Source: a bacterium
Lineage (GTDB): Bacteria > ARS69
Length of the DNA: 64,000 nt
Reading direction: 5' to 3'
Assembly (NCBI GenBank): GCA_041393395.1
Contig: JAWKKG010000002.1
Location: 124,468 to 188,467, forward strand
The first letter of the stretch is position 1, and every line of letters starts with the position of its first letter. The position numbers and the translations under genes are program-made. This document shows positions 8,751 to 17,530 of the stretch, piece by piece. The notes beneath the pieces are model-generated. The model saw nothing but the letters and a program-made list of their open reading frames with translations. It was not told the DNA's origin and searched no databases.

Positions 8751-10169
8751 ATGCGCAGATCCAAGATCGTGGCCACCCTGGGGCCGGCGTCCTCGGCGCC
8801 CGAGTCCGTGCTCGAGCTCATCCGCTCGGGAGTCGACGTCTTCCGGCTGAACTACAGCCACGGCCGGCGCGAGGACCATGCGACCGCCGTGCAGGTCATC
8901 CGGGAGGCGGCTCGGATCCACGGTCGCGAGATCGGCATCCTGCAGGATCTGTCGGGGCCGAAGATCCGCACGGGGGCGCTGGAGGGGGAAGACGAGATCC
9001 GCTTCGAAGTCGACGAGGAGGTGCGCCTCGTCCCCGGCGACGGACCGATCCGCCCGGGCGTCCTCACGTCGAACCTGCCGTCCCTGATCGACGACCTGCG
9101 CCCCGATCAGCGCGTGCTGCTGCGCGACGGACGGCTCGAGCTGCGGACGATCGAGCGACGCGGCGAGGAGTTCCTGCTGCGCGTCGTTCGTGGCGGATTA
9201 CTGAGCGGGCGCGCGGGCATCAATCTGCCCGAGACCCGCATCTCCGTTCCGTCGCTCACCGAGAAGGACCGACTCGATCTCGCGCACGGGCTCGAGGTCG
9301 GCGTGGACATCGTGGCCCTCTCGTTCGTGCGGACCGCCCATGACCTCGAGGAGGCGCGAGCCGCCGCGGCGCCGCGCGAGATCTTCCTGATCGCGAAGAT
9401 CGAGAAGCCCGAGGCGATCGACAATCTGGACGAGATCCTCGCCGTGGCCGACGGCGTGATGGTCGCGCGGGGCGATCTCGGCGTGGAGATGCCGGCCGAG
9501 AGCGTGCCGGTCCTGCAGAAGCGCATCATCCGCGCGGCGAACCGGGTGCGCAAGCCCGTCATCACCGCCACCCAGATGCTCGAGTCGATGATCGAGAGTG
9601 CCGTGCCCACTCGGGCCGAGGCATCGGACGTGGCGAACGCGATCTTCGACGGCACCGACGCCGTGATGCTCTCCGGCGAGACGGCCACCGGTCACTATCC
9701 GATCGAGGCCGTCCGCACGATGGCTCGTATCGCGGCGAGCTGCGACAACCCGGACGACTCGCAACAGCGCCGGTTCCGATCCTCCGGCTCGACCCTCACG
9801 CCGGCCGAGGCCGTCGCGCGCGCCGCGAGCCGCGCTGCGGAGGACGTGCGCGCGAAGGCGCTCATCGTGTACACGGAGTCCGGCGCCACCGCACGCCTCC
9901 TCTCCTCGCAACGCCCGGGCGTCCCCGTCCTCGCGCTCGGCCCCGACCCGACCACCGCCCGCCGCCTGCGCCTCTCGTGGGGCGTGTACCCGCGTGTCAT
10001 GCCGCGGGTCGAGCGACTCGTGGAGATGCTCGAGATCGGCGAGAAGATTCTCGTGGACGCGGACCAGGTCGCGAACGGTGACCGGGTCGTCGTGGTGTCC
10101 GGGAGTACTGCGGCGAACCGCGGGGGGACCAACATGTTGAAGATCCATACCGTCGGGGAGACCTGGTAG
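8751..10169 (+). CDS. pyk: Pyruvate kinase
   Basis: ATG at 8751 is in frame inside the longer 8175..10169 ORF; a GGAGGCGAGGGAG purine-rich RBS lies upstream. Product: MRRSKIVATLGPAS...FRLNYSHG...MVARGDLGVE... with a C-terminal regulatory domain, 472 aa. Confidence 0.95.
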   Translation: MRRSKIVATLGPASSAPESVLELIRSGVDVFRLNYSHGRREDHATAVQVIREAARIHGREIGILQDLSGPKIRTGALEGEDEIRFEVDEEVRLVPGDGPIRPGVLTSNLPSLIDDLRPDQRVLLRDGRLELRTIERRGEEFLLRVVRGGLLSGRAGINLPETRISVPSLTEKDRLDLAHGLEVGVDIVALSFVRTAHDLEEARAAAAPREIFLIAKIEKPEAIDNLDEILAVADGVMVARGDLGVEMPAESVPVLQKRIIRAANRVRKPVITATQMLESMIESAVPTRAEASDVANAIFDGTDAVMLSGETATGHYPIEAVRTMARIAASCDNPDDSQQRRFRSSGSTLTPAEAVARAASRAAEDVRAKALIVYTESGATARLLSSQRPGVPVLALGPDPTTARRLRLSWGVYPRVMPRVERLVEMLEIGEKILVDADQVANGDRVVVVSGSTAANRGGTNMLKIHTVGETW

Positions 10170-10314
10170 GTTTCTGCGCTGTGTCGGCCTCGAGTCGGAG
10201 CCCCGGGGGAGTCCTGTTCGCGGGGTTTCTGCGCTGTGTCGGGCTCGAGTCGGAGCCCCGGGGGAGTCCTGTTCGCGACCGGTTTCGCTCGGTCGTCCCT
10301 GACCTCGCTGTGTC

Positions 10315-10473
10315 GTTCTCGATTCGGAGCCCGGGGGAGCCCTGTTCGCGACCGGTTCGCTCGGCCGTCCATGGCCTCGCTCACCTCGACGCGGCGACGG
10401 CTCCACCGTCCGTGGTTCCGCATCGTCGCCGCGACGTCGCGAACAGGACTCCCCCGGGCTCCGAATCGAGAAC
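10315..10473. mobile_element. MITE-like element copy 1 (159 bp) with 38-bp terminal inverted repeats
   Basis: Left TIR GTTCTCGATTCGGAGCCCGGGGGAGCCCTGTTCGCGAC (10315..10352); right TIR is its reverse complement at 10436..10473. An 83-bp core sits between them. Confidence 0.55.
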
Positions 10474-10765
10474 GACCTGCTTCGGTGAGCCTGGGAGGTT
10501 ACTCATGCCTCTTGGGCGCACTCGCGTGGGCTTCGATCCGCTCCTCCAGGCGGTGGCGTTTCCCACCGCGGGTCCTGCCACTGACGGCGGCGAGCTCTCG
10601 CCCGCGCTATCGACCTTGCCGAGCATGGGCCGCGGAACAGTGTCAGAGTCTCGCGTGCCGGCTGTGGCCGCGTGCCGCACTCGGCGCCGCGGTTCGCAGA
10701 TGGCGCGGAGCCGACGTATCCGCGTCCACGGCGTCGAACGGATCTCCCGGGCATCAGCAAGCGTG

Positions 10766-10927
10766 TCGGTCTCGGTTCGGGCCTCGGGGAGTCCTGTTCG
10801 CGACGCCGCGGCGACTTGGCGGAACCATGGACGGTGGAGCCGTCGCCGCGACGAGGTGAGCGAGGTCAAGGACGACCGAGCGAACCGGTCGCGAACAGGA
10901 CTCCCCGAGGCCCGGACCGAGACCGAC
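10766..10927. mobile_element. MITE-like element copy 2 (162 bp), inverted relative to copy 1
   Basis: 40-bp TIRs at 10766..10805 and 10888..10927. The core is the near-exact reverse complement of the copy-1 core (CGGTTCGCTCGG...CCATGG...GGCTCCACCGTCC). Confidence 0.55.
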
Positions 10928-10936
10928 AAGGTGCAC

Positions 10937-11404
10937 CTACAAAGCGCGCCCCATCTTCCTCACGCGCTCGAAGTGCGCCTTCTCCACCGGCTGCACCGAA
11001 AGCCGCATGCCCTTCTTGAGGACCCACATGCCATCCAGTGCGGGCTCTTCCTTCATGGCGGCGAGCGACACGACGTCCTCGAACTTCTCCTCGAACGTCA
11101 CATCCACGAGGAACCAGCGCGGCGCGCTGCGTTCCGCCTTCGCGTCGAAGTACTTGGACTTGCGATCGAACTGCGTGGGATCCGGGTAGCCGCCCTTTGC
11201 CACCTTCGCGATGCCGGCGACGCCGGGCGGGTCCGCGTTCGAGTGGTGGAACAGGACGAGGTCGCCGGGCTGGATCTCGTCGCGCAGGAAGTTGCGGGCG
11301 CGGTAGTTGCGCACGCCGTCCCACGCGGTGGTGCCGTCGCGCTCGAGGTCGTGGATGGAGTACGTGCCGGGCTCGGACTTCATGAGCCAGTAGCGTCGGG
11401 CCAT
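10937..11404 (-). CDS. EVE (PUA-like) domain protein
   Basis: Internal ATG at 11404 is preceded by a perfect AGGAGG RBS. Product MARRYWLMKSEPGTYSI...FRARNFLRDEIQPGDLVLFHHS... is the EVE-domain signature, 155 aa. The longer upstream extension to 11503 is not supported. Confidence 0.8.
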   Translation of the reverse strand: MARRYWLMKSEPGTYSIHDLERDGTTAWDGVRNYRARNFLRDEIQPGDLVLFHHSNADPPGVAGIAKVAKGGYPDPTQFDRKSKYFDAKAERSAPRWFLVDVTFEEKFEDVVSLAAMKEEPALDGMWVLKKGMRLSVQPVEKAHFERVRKMGRAL

Positions 11405-11642
11405 GGGAATCCTCCTTGCGGCCACCGAGAGTACCCAGCGGGCCGGGGAGGGGGCCAGTCGAGAAGGGGCCCGGGGCCGCGTCGATCGCGCGGCGGTCGG
11501 CACGCACCGGGATTCGCTCCCGAGTTCCGGAACGTCCGGTCCGGAAAGGCCACACCTTCTCGGGCCGGGTCGCCTTGACCGGGGAGCGCGCGGTGGCTAA
11601 CGTCGAATTCCGCCGCCACGCCCCGCGGCCCGGAGGCCTCCC

Positions 11643-14333
11643 TTGAACATCGAAGCCCTGCTGCTGGAAGAGATCCTTCCGCGCGTGGAGAAACCGAGCC
11701 GGTACCTCGGGAACGAGCTGAACGCGGTCCGCAAGGCGCCGGCGCCCGGCGACCTGCGGTTCGCGCTCGCGTTCCCGGATCTGTACGACGTCGGGCTCTC
11801 GAACCTCGGCATCCTGATCCTGTACCGGATCCTGAACTCGATGCCGGGCGTCGTCGCGGAACGCACCTACGCACCGGGCATCGACCTCGAGGCGCAGATG
11901 CGCGGGCGCGGCGTGCCGATGTTCTCGTGGGAGAGCAAGACACCGCTGTCCGAGTTCGACGCGATCGGCTTCTCGATCCAGTACGAGCTCGCGGCCACGA
12001 ACATCCTCACCATGCTCGACCTCTCCGGGATCCCGTTCCGGGCCGAGGACCGCGGCGACTCGCATCCGATCGTGTTCGCGGGCGGCCCGTGCGTGTACCA
12101 CCCGGAGCCGTACTCGCGATTCGTCGACGCCTTCGTGATCGGTGACGGCGAAGACGCGATCATCGGCGTGGCGAACGTGCTGCTCGGCACGAAGGGACGC
12201 CCGCGGCACGAGCGGCTGGAGGCACTCACCGAGATCCCCGGCGTGTACGTCCCGCTGCTGTATCCCACGGTGCGTGGCGCCGATGGCACGATCCTGCCCG
12301 ACCCGAACGGTCCGCGCATCCGCAAGGCGATGGTGCGAGACATGAACACGGCACCGTTCCCCACGGACTATGTGGTGCCGTACACGCAGCAGGTGCATGA
12401 CCGCGTCTCCATGGAGGTGCTGCGCGGCTGCACCCAGGGCTGCCGGTTCTGTCAGGCGGGCATGACCTACCGGCCCGTGCGCGAGCGCAGCCTCGAGACG
12501 GTCCAGTCGCTGCTGCAGGAGACGATCAAGAAGACCGGCTACGACGAGATCTCGCTCTCGAGTCTCTCGACCTGCGACTACTCCAAGGTGAACCACCTCG
12601 TGGAGAATTCCGTGCAGGCGCTGACTCCACTCGGGGTCGGGGTCACGCTGCCGTCGCTGCGCACGGATTCGTTCTCGGTGGACCTCTCGGACATGGTCGC
12701 CACCGCGAAGAAGTCCGGCATCACGTTCGCGCCCGAGGCGGCCACCCCGCGCCTGCGCGCGCTGATCGACAAGTGGATTCCGGATGAGGAGCTGATCGAG
12801 ACCACCGGCTCCGTGTTCGCGCGCGGCTGGAACAAGGTGAAGCTGTACTTCATGATCGGTCACCCCACGGAGACCGACGAGGACGTGACGGCGATCGGCC
12901 ACCTCGCGCGCCGCGTGCTCGCAGAGGGACGCAAGCACCATGCGGGCGCGGGAGTGAACGTCGGCGTGTCGACGTTCGTGCCGAAGCCGTTCACGCCGTT
13001 CCAGTGGGAGCGCCAGATCGACATCGAGGAGACCCGGCACAAGCAGGCGATCCTCCGCGAGCTGCTGAACGTGCGCGGCATCCGCTTCCGCCCGCACGAG
13101 GCGGAGAACAGCTGGCTCGAAGGGATCGTGTCGCGCGGCGACCGGAGCGTGGGCGAGCTGTTCGAGCTGGCCTGGCGGGAGGGCTGCCGCCTCGACGGCT
13201 GGTCGGAGCACTTCGAGTTCGGCAAGTGGGAACGCGCGATCGAGAAGTGGGGGCAGGATCCGAAGCACCTGCTGCGCGAGCGCGACGTGACGGAGCCGCT
13301 TCCCTGGGATCACATCGACATCCTGATCGAGAAGGCGTTCCTCGCGAAGGATCTCGAGAAGGCGAAGACCGCGGCGCTCGAGGCGGCGCTCACGTCGGAC
13401 TGCCGCAACGGCTGCCACGTGTGCGGCGTGATCCACGAGGAGAAGGCCGCCTGCGCGACCATGATCAAGACGTACAAGCGTGGTCGTCGCGAGGAGGCGA
13501 ACTGGACGCCGAAGCCGCCGCCCGAGACGATCTGGGACAAGCCGGACGTCGCGCGGATGCGGTTCCGCTTCGCGAAGAACCGCGAGGTCCGTCTGCTCTC
13601 GCACCTCGAGCTGCAGTCGGCGATCCAGCGCACGCTGCGACGCGCCGAGGTGCCGGCCGCGTACTCGCAGGGATTCAACCCGCACATGAAGCTCGCGTTC
13701 GGCGATGCGTTGCCGGTCGGCATGTCGAGTGACGCGGAGTACGGCGACGTGAAGCTGCGCGCGGAGATGGACGCCGAGGAGTTCGTGCGTCGCGTGAACG
13801 AGGTGCGCCCGGCGGGACTCGTCTTCTCGGCCGCGACGCGCATCGAACGGGACGCGCCGTCGCTCACCTCGAAGGTCGCGGCCGCCCGGTACCACGTGGG
13901 CCTCGGCCGCCTCGATCTCGACCCGGATCAGGTGCGCGAGCGCGTGGCGGCCCTGATGGCGGCCGACGAGTGGGTCGTGGAGAAGCGCGTGAAGAAGAAG
14001 CGTCACGACAAGGTCACCCGCTTCGACCTGCGCGAGCTCGTGAAGGAGCTCGACGTCGTGGAGAACGGAGAGCTCGCGCTGAACGCGTGCCTCGGTCGCC
14101 GCGGCGGCAACCTCGGCCGACCCAAGGAGCTCCTGCAGGCCCTGTTCGAGCTCGACGCGGATCGTCTCCTGGATGCCTCCGTCCACAAGATCGATTCGTA
14201 CGTGGAGTTCGACGGCGCGCTCGTGTCGGTCGGTTCCGGCTGGTCGGGAACCGGACGGTTCGATCCGTTCACGGCCGGCCGGCGTGGGCGGAATCCGGCG
14301 GGACGTCGCGACTCGTCGGCGGTCACGGCGTGA
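11643..14333 (+). CDS. B12-binding radical SAM protein (TIGR03960-like) fused to a DUF2344/TIGR03936-like C-terminal domain
   Basis: TTG start with GGAGG 6 nt upstream. N-terminus ...ILPRVEKPSRYLGNE is typical of this family, and CTQGCRFCQAG is the radical-SAM CxxxCxxC motif. 896 aa. Confidence 0.85.
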   Translation: MNIEALLLEEILPRVEKPSRYLGNELNAVRKAPAPGDLRFALAFPDLYDVGLSNLGILILYRILNSMPGVVAERTYAPGIDLEAQMRGRGVPMFSWESKTPLSEFDAIGFSIQYELAATNILTMLDLSGIPFRAEDRGDSHPIVFAGGPCVYHPEPYSRFVDAFVIGDGEDAIIGVANVLLGTKGRPRHERLEALTEIPGVYVPLLYPTVRGADGTILPDPNGPRIRKAMVRDMNTAPFPTDYVVPYTQQVHDRVSMEVLRGCTQGCRFCQAGMTYRPVRERSLETVQSLLQETIKKTGYDEISLSSLSTCDYSKVNHLVENSVQALTPLGVGVTLPSLRTDSFSVDLSDMVATAKKSGITFAPEAATPRLRALIDKWIPDEELIETTGSVFARGWNKVKLYFMIGHPTETDEDVTAIGHLARRVLAEGRKHHAGAGVNVGVSTFVPKPFTPFQWERQIDIEETRHKQAILRELLNVRGIRFRPHEAENSWLEGIVSRGDRSVGELFELAWREGCRLDGWSEHFEFGKWERAIEKWGQDPKHLLRERDVTEPLPWDHIDILIEKAFLAKDLEKAKTAALEAALTSDCRNGCHVCGVIHEEKAACATMIKTYKRGRREEANWTPKPPPETIWDKPDVARMRFRFAKNREVRLLSHLELQSAIQRTLRRAEVPAAYSQGFNPHMKLAFGDALPVGMSSDAEYGDVKLRAEMDAEEFVRRVNEVRPAGLVFSAATRIERDAPSLTSKVAAARYHVGLGRLDLDPDQVRERVAALMAADEWVVEKRVKKKRHDKVTRFDLRELVKELDVVENGELALNACLGRRGGNLGRPKELLQALFELDADRLLDASVHKIDSYVEFDGALVSVGSGWSGTGRFDPFTAGRRGRNPAGRRDSSAVTA

Positions 14334-14815
14334 GCGAGCTCGCCGCCGGCACGAAGGCGCCGGCGTTCTCGCTGCCGGGGCTGGGCGGCGGCAACGTCGG
14401 CGTGCCGACCGGGGCGTCGCTCACGTGCCTCGTCGTGTTCAAGTCCTCGTGTCCGACCTGCCGGTGGGCGCTGCCGTACTTCCAGGCGCTGCACGCGGGC
14501 ACGAAGAACGGTCCGCTCGCGGTGATAGGAATCGCGGAGGACGAGCCGGCCGACGCGCGCGCGCTGGCCGACGATCTCTCGCTCGACTTTCCGATCGCGC
14601 TCGAGGGCGAACCGTGGGCCACGTCCGAGGCTTACGAGTGCATCACGGTGCCCACGATGTTCCTGCTGGACGGCGACGACCGCGTGATCCTCACGTCGCC
14701 GGGCTTCGCGCGCGACGACATGATCGAGGTCGCGCGCCGGACGGCGGAGATCGCGGGGGGCGATCCGTTCGATCCGTTCGGTGGGAAGGACATGCCGCCG
14801 TTCCGCCCCGGCTGA
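14330..14815 (+). CDS. Thioredoxin-fold protein (redoxin/TlpA-like, CPTC active site)
   Basis: GTG start overlaps the radical-SAM stop (GTGA overlap), implying translational coupling. The CxxC motif is in ...VVFKSSCPTCRW.... About 161 aa. The longer 13970..14815 ORF is rejected because it overlaps the upstream gene. Confidence 0.7.
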   Translation: MSELAAGTKAPAFSLPGLGGGNVGVPTGASLTCLVVFKSSCPTCRWALPYFQALHAGTKNGPLAVIGIAEDEPADARALADDLSLDFPIALEGEPWATSEAYECITVPTMFLLDGDDRVILTSPGFARDDMIEVARRTAEIAGGDPFDPFGGKDMPPFRPG

Positions 14816-14852
14816 ACGTCGCGCAATCTCGCGCCGTGAGCGCGCCGCATTC

Positions 14853-15572
14853 CTAGAGCCAGGGCGACGCGAGCAGACGGATCGCCAGGATCACGAGCGC
14901 GATCCGGAACAGCGCGCGAAACGTCCGCTCCGGCAGCCGGTGCAGCAGTCGCGTGCCGAGCCACGTCCCCGCGATCACGCACGCGAGCAGCGGCAGGATG
15001 AGTCCGAGCTCGCCCCGGTAGTCGAATCCGATCGAGAGAAACGCCGGGATCTTGAGGAAATGCCCGAACGTCTGGATCACCGCCTTCGTGGCGACGATCT
15101 CCTTGCGATCGAGATCGTCGCGCAGGAAGAACGCCGCGAGGTACGGACCCGCGGCGCCGATCGTGATCGTGAGGAAGCCGCCGCCGATCCCGGCCGGGAC
15201 GTACGCCGCGAGCGGGAAGCGCAGGCGCTTCGGACGGAAGCGATCCCAGAGCAGGAACGAGAGCACGAGCGCGCCGATCGCCGGCCGGAACCACGGAATG
15301 CCGCCGTCTCGGTAGAGCTGGAGCCCGAGCCACGCGCCGACGATCATCGCGGGCGCGTACGCGAGAACGATCGGGCGGTTCGTGTGGCGCAGCAGCGTGA
15401 GCGCGCGCGATGCGTTGCTCGCGAGCTGCACGACTCCGTGCACCGGAACCACGACCCCGATCGGCAGCACGGCGGCCATCGCGGCGAGGAGGACGATGCC
15501 TCCCCCCATGCCCAGGACCCCGGAGAGGGCGGCGGACAGGAGGGCCACGGGGGCGAGGAAGGCGAGCGGCAA
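14853..15572 (-). CDS. TSUP/TauE-SafE family membrane transporter (DUF81)
   Basis: Multi-TM protein with GxGGG signatures: LGMGGGIVLL and AGIGGGFLTITIGAAGPYL. The chosen TTG start at 15572 has GGAGG 6 nt upstream. The ATG at 15698 would overlap the divergent gene start with no room for promoters. Confidence 0.7.
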   Translation of the reverse strand: MPLAFLAPVALLSAALSGVLGMGGGIVLLAAMAAVLPIGVVVPVHGVVQLASNASRALTLLRHTNRPIVLAYAPAMIVGAWLGLQLYRDGGIPWFRPAIGALVLSFLLWDRFRPKRLRFPLAAYVPAGIGGGFLTITIGAAGPYLAAFFLRDDLDRKEIVATKAVIQTFGHFLKIPAFLSIGFDYRGELGLILPLLACVIAGTWLGTRLLHRLPERTFRALFRIALVILAIRLLASPWL

Positions 15573-15696
15573 GCGGGACCTCCGGGGACGGCCACGGGAG
15601 CCCAGGCGCGGGCAGAGCGGACCGTAGCCAGCCGTTTCGCCGCCGTCGAGTCCCGGGGCGGTTGACCCACCGTCCCCGGCGGCCGATATTCCACCC

Positions 15697-16134
15697 ATGC
15701 GGACGTTTCTCGCTTCGAGCGGCCCTCGGGTCGCGCTCGACCGGATCCTGCGGGTGTTCCTCGCGGTCCTCGTGGCCCTGCCGCTGGGGGCCGGCGGGAT
15801 CTGCTGCTGCCTGTTCGAGAAGCCGGTCCAGTCGCCGGAGGTCGCCACCGCGCGGCCGTCCTGCTGCGCGGCCGCCGAGAGCCCCGCGTCCCCGGATGAG
15901 CCCTCGAAGGATGAGGACTGTCATTGCCCGGCCCGCGAACTGGCCGAGGCCCCGTCTTCGAGCTCGCCGCCGGAGCTCGTGACGCCCGGCCCGACCGGAC
16001 TCCTCGCGCTCGCGGCGGTGCCCGCCGTCGGCGCGCTCCTGCCCGAGTCCCCGGTCCGGTCCGCGCGCGCCCCGGACCCGCCCCCCGGCAGATCCGGGCG
16101 GATGCACGTCCGCCTCGCTGTATTCCGCTGCTGA
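15697..16134 (+). CDS. Small Cys-cluster protein with an N-terminal hydrophobic anchor; candidate metal-binding protein upstream of the heavy-metal efflux operon
   Basis: 145 aa with very high GC3 (about 90%), consistent with real coding. N-terminal TM/signal LRVFLAVLVALPLGAGG is followed by the Cys clusters ICCCLF, SCCAAAE and DCHCPA. Confidence 0.45.
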   Translation: MRTFLASSGPRVALDRILRVFLAVLVALPLGAGGICCCLFEKPVQSPEVATARPSCCAAAESPASPDEPSKDEDCHCPARELAEAPSSSSPPELVTPGPTGLLALAAVPAVGALLPESPVRSARAPDPPPGRSGRMHVRLAVFRC

Positions 16135-16231
16135 TTCCTCTCTCGATTCGATCGTGATTCGCGGCGGGCGACGTCCGCCCGCCGGATGACGTGTCGTCCG
16201 CCTTCGCGCGGACTCGAGAGAGGAGATTTCG

Positions 16232-17530
16232 ATGAAACGCTCCCGCGGCCTCGCGGCCGCCGTCGTGCTCGGCGCGACGCTGGCGTCGCCGCCCGCGATC
16301 CGGGCCGACGCGACGTCGACGTCGGGTCCGGCCTCGCCCGCCCTCGCGGACTATCTGCAAGCGGCCGAGGCGAACAATCCCGCCCTCGCGGCCGCGCGCC
16401 ATGCGACCGACGCCGACGTCGCGACCGTCGCGCGCGCCGGATCGTGGCCCGATCCGCAGCTCTCGGTCGGCTGGTTTCTCTCGCCGGTCGAGACGCGGGT
16501 GGGACCGCAGGAGCAACGTCTTGCGCTGCGCCAGCGCTTGCCGTGGGCGCGCGGGACGGCGCGCGAGGCGGCGGCCCGCACCGCCGACGTTTCCCGCGCG
16601 CGTGCGGAGGAGATCCGCGCCACGCTCCGCCGCGACGTCGCGCAGGCGTGGTGGGACGCCTACCTCCTCGAGCGCACGATCGCGATCACGTCGCGCAACC
16701 TCGAGCTCGTGGTCGACCTGGAGCGAGTGGTGCGCGAGAAGTACCGGACCGGTGAGGCGGGGCGACTCGATCTCGGCCGGGCGCACATCGAGCTCGGTCG
16801 CGTGGAGGACCGCGTGCGCGGGCTCCGGGATCGCGTGCCCGCGGTGCGCGCGCGTCTCGCGTCGCTGCTCTCGCTCCCGGACGGTTCGTCGCTGCCGCTG
16901 CCGGTCGATGCGGACTCCGTGCCGTCGGCGCCGTCCTCCGATCGCGTCACCGCGCAGGTCGGACCGGCCGCCCCCCGTCTCGCCACCGCCGACGCGCGCG
17001 TGGAAGAGGCCGGCGCGAGGCGCGCGCTCGCCGGGCGCGCGTCCTGGCCGGACCTGATGCTCGGAGTGGAGTGGATCCGCACCGGCGACGCGCGCGCCGC
17101 GAACGTCGCCGGCAGCGGCGACGATCCGTGGGTCGTGAGCGTGACCGCGGATCTCCCGATCTTCCGCGGGAAGATCCGCGGCGCGGTCGAGGAGGCCGAG
17201 GCGCGCGAGGCCGCGACGCGCTCCGAACGCCGGCGCACGGAGGACGAACTCCGCGCGGCGGCCGAGAGCGCGCGCGTGGACTGGGCCGACGCGGATCGCC
17301 GGATCGCGCTCTACCGCGACGGGCTCGTGCCGGAGGCCGCGGACTCGCGCGAAGCCGCATTCGCGGCGTACCGGGCCGGCGACGCGACGTTCCTGGACCT
17401 CGTGGACGCGGAGCGCCTGCTGCTCGAGCTGTCCATCGAGGAGGAGCGCGCGCGGGCCGACCGCGGTCGCGCGGCGGCCGCTCTGGAATTCGTGACGGGC
17501 CGGGACTGGACCGGGGAGGGGATCCGATGA
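16232..17530 (+). CDS. cusC: TolC-family outer-membrane efflux protein (CusC/CzcC-like)
   Basis: GAGAGGAG RBS; signal peptide MKRSRGLAAAVVLGATLASPPAIRA; coiled-coil outer-membrane-factor repeats; 432 aa. Confidence 0.85.
   Translation: MKRSRGLAAAVVLGATLASPPAIRADATSTSGPASPALADYLQAAEANNPALAAARHATDADVATVARAGSWPDPQLSVGWFLSPVETRVGPQEQRLALRQRLPWARGTAREAAARTADVSRARAEEIRATLRRDVAQAWWDAYLLERTIAITSRNLELVVDLERVVREKYRTGEAGRLDLGRAHIELGRVEDRVRGLRDRVPAVRARLASLLSLPDGSSLPLPVDADSVPSAPSSDRVTAQVGPAAPRLATADARVEEAGARRALAGRASWPDLMLGVEWIRTGDARAANVAGSGDDPWVVSVTADLPIFRGKIRGAVEEAEAREAATRSERRRTEDELRAAAESARVDWADADRRIALYRDGLVPEAADSREAAFAAYRAGDATFLDLVDAERLLLELSIEEERARADRGRAAAALEFVTGRDWTGEGIR

Larger units (their letters stand above)
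10170..10930. repeat. Intergenic cluster of nested direct and inverted copies of one roughly 40-bp repeat (core GGAGCCCCGGGGGAGTCCTGTTCGCGACCGG), forming MITE-like elements
   Basis: Direct copies begin at about 10185, 10240 and 10312. Inverted partners lie at 10436..10473, 10766..10805 and 10888..10927. The spurious six-frame ORFs here repeat the peptide SPGGVLFA on both strands, which confirms the repetition. Confidence 0.65.

Noticed and set aside
10866-14186. 1106-aa minus-strand ORF antisense to the radical SAM gene, and similar long antisense or overlapping ORFs elsewhere (19389..23195 minus strand, 39778..43017 minus strand, 46758..50402 plus strand, 46870..49728 minus strand, 35770-region overlaps such as 36704..37894, 14632..16107, 15344..16786)
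   Set aside because: The same GC artefact applies. Each overlaps a gene that has clear family motifs, correct RBS placement and coupling.
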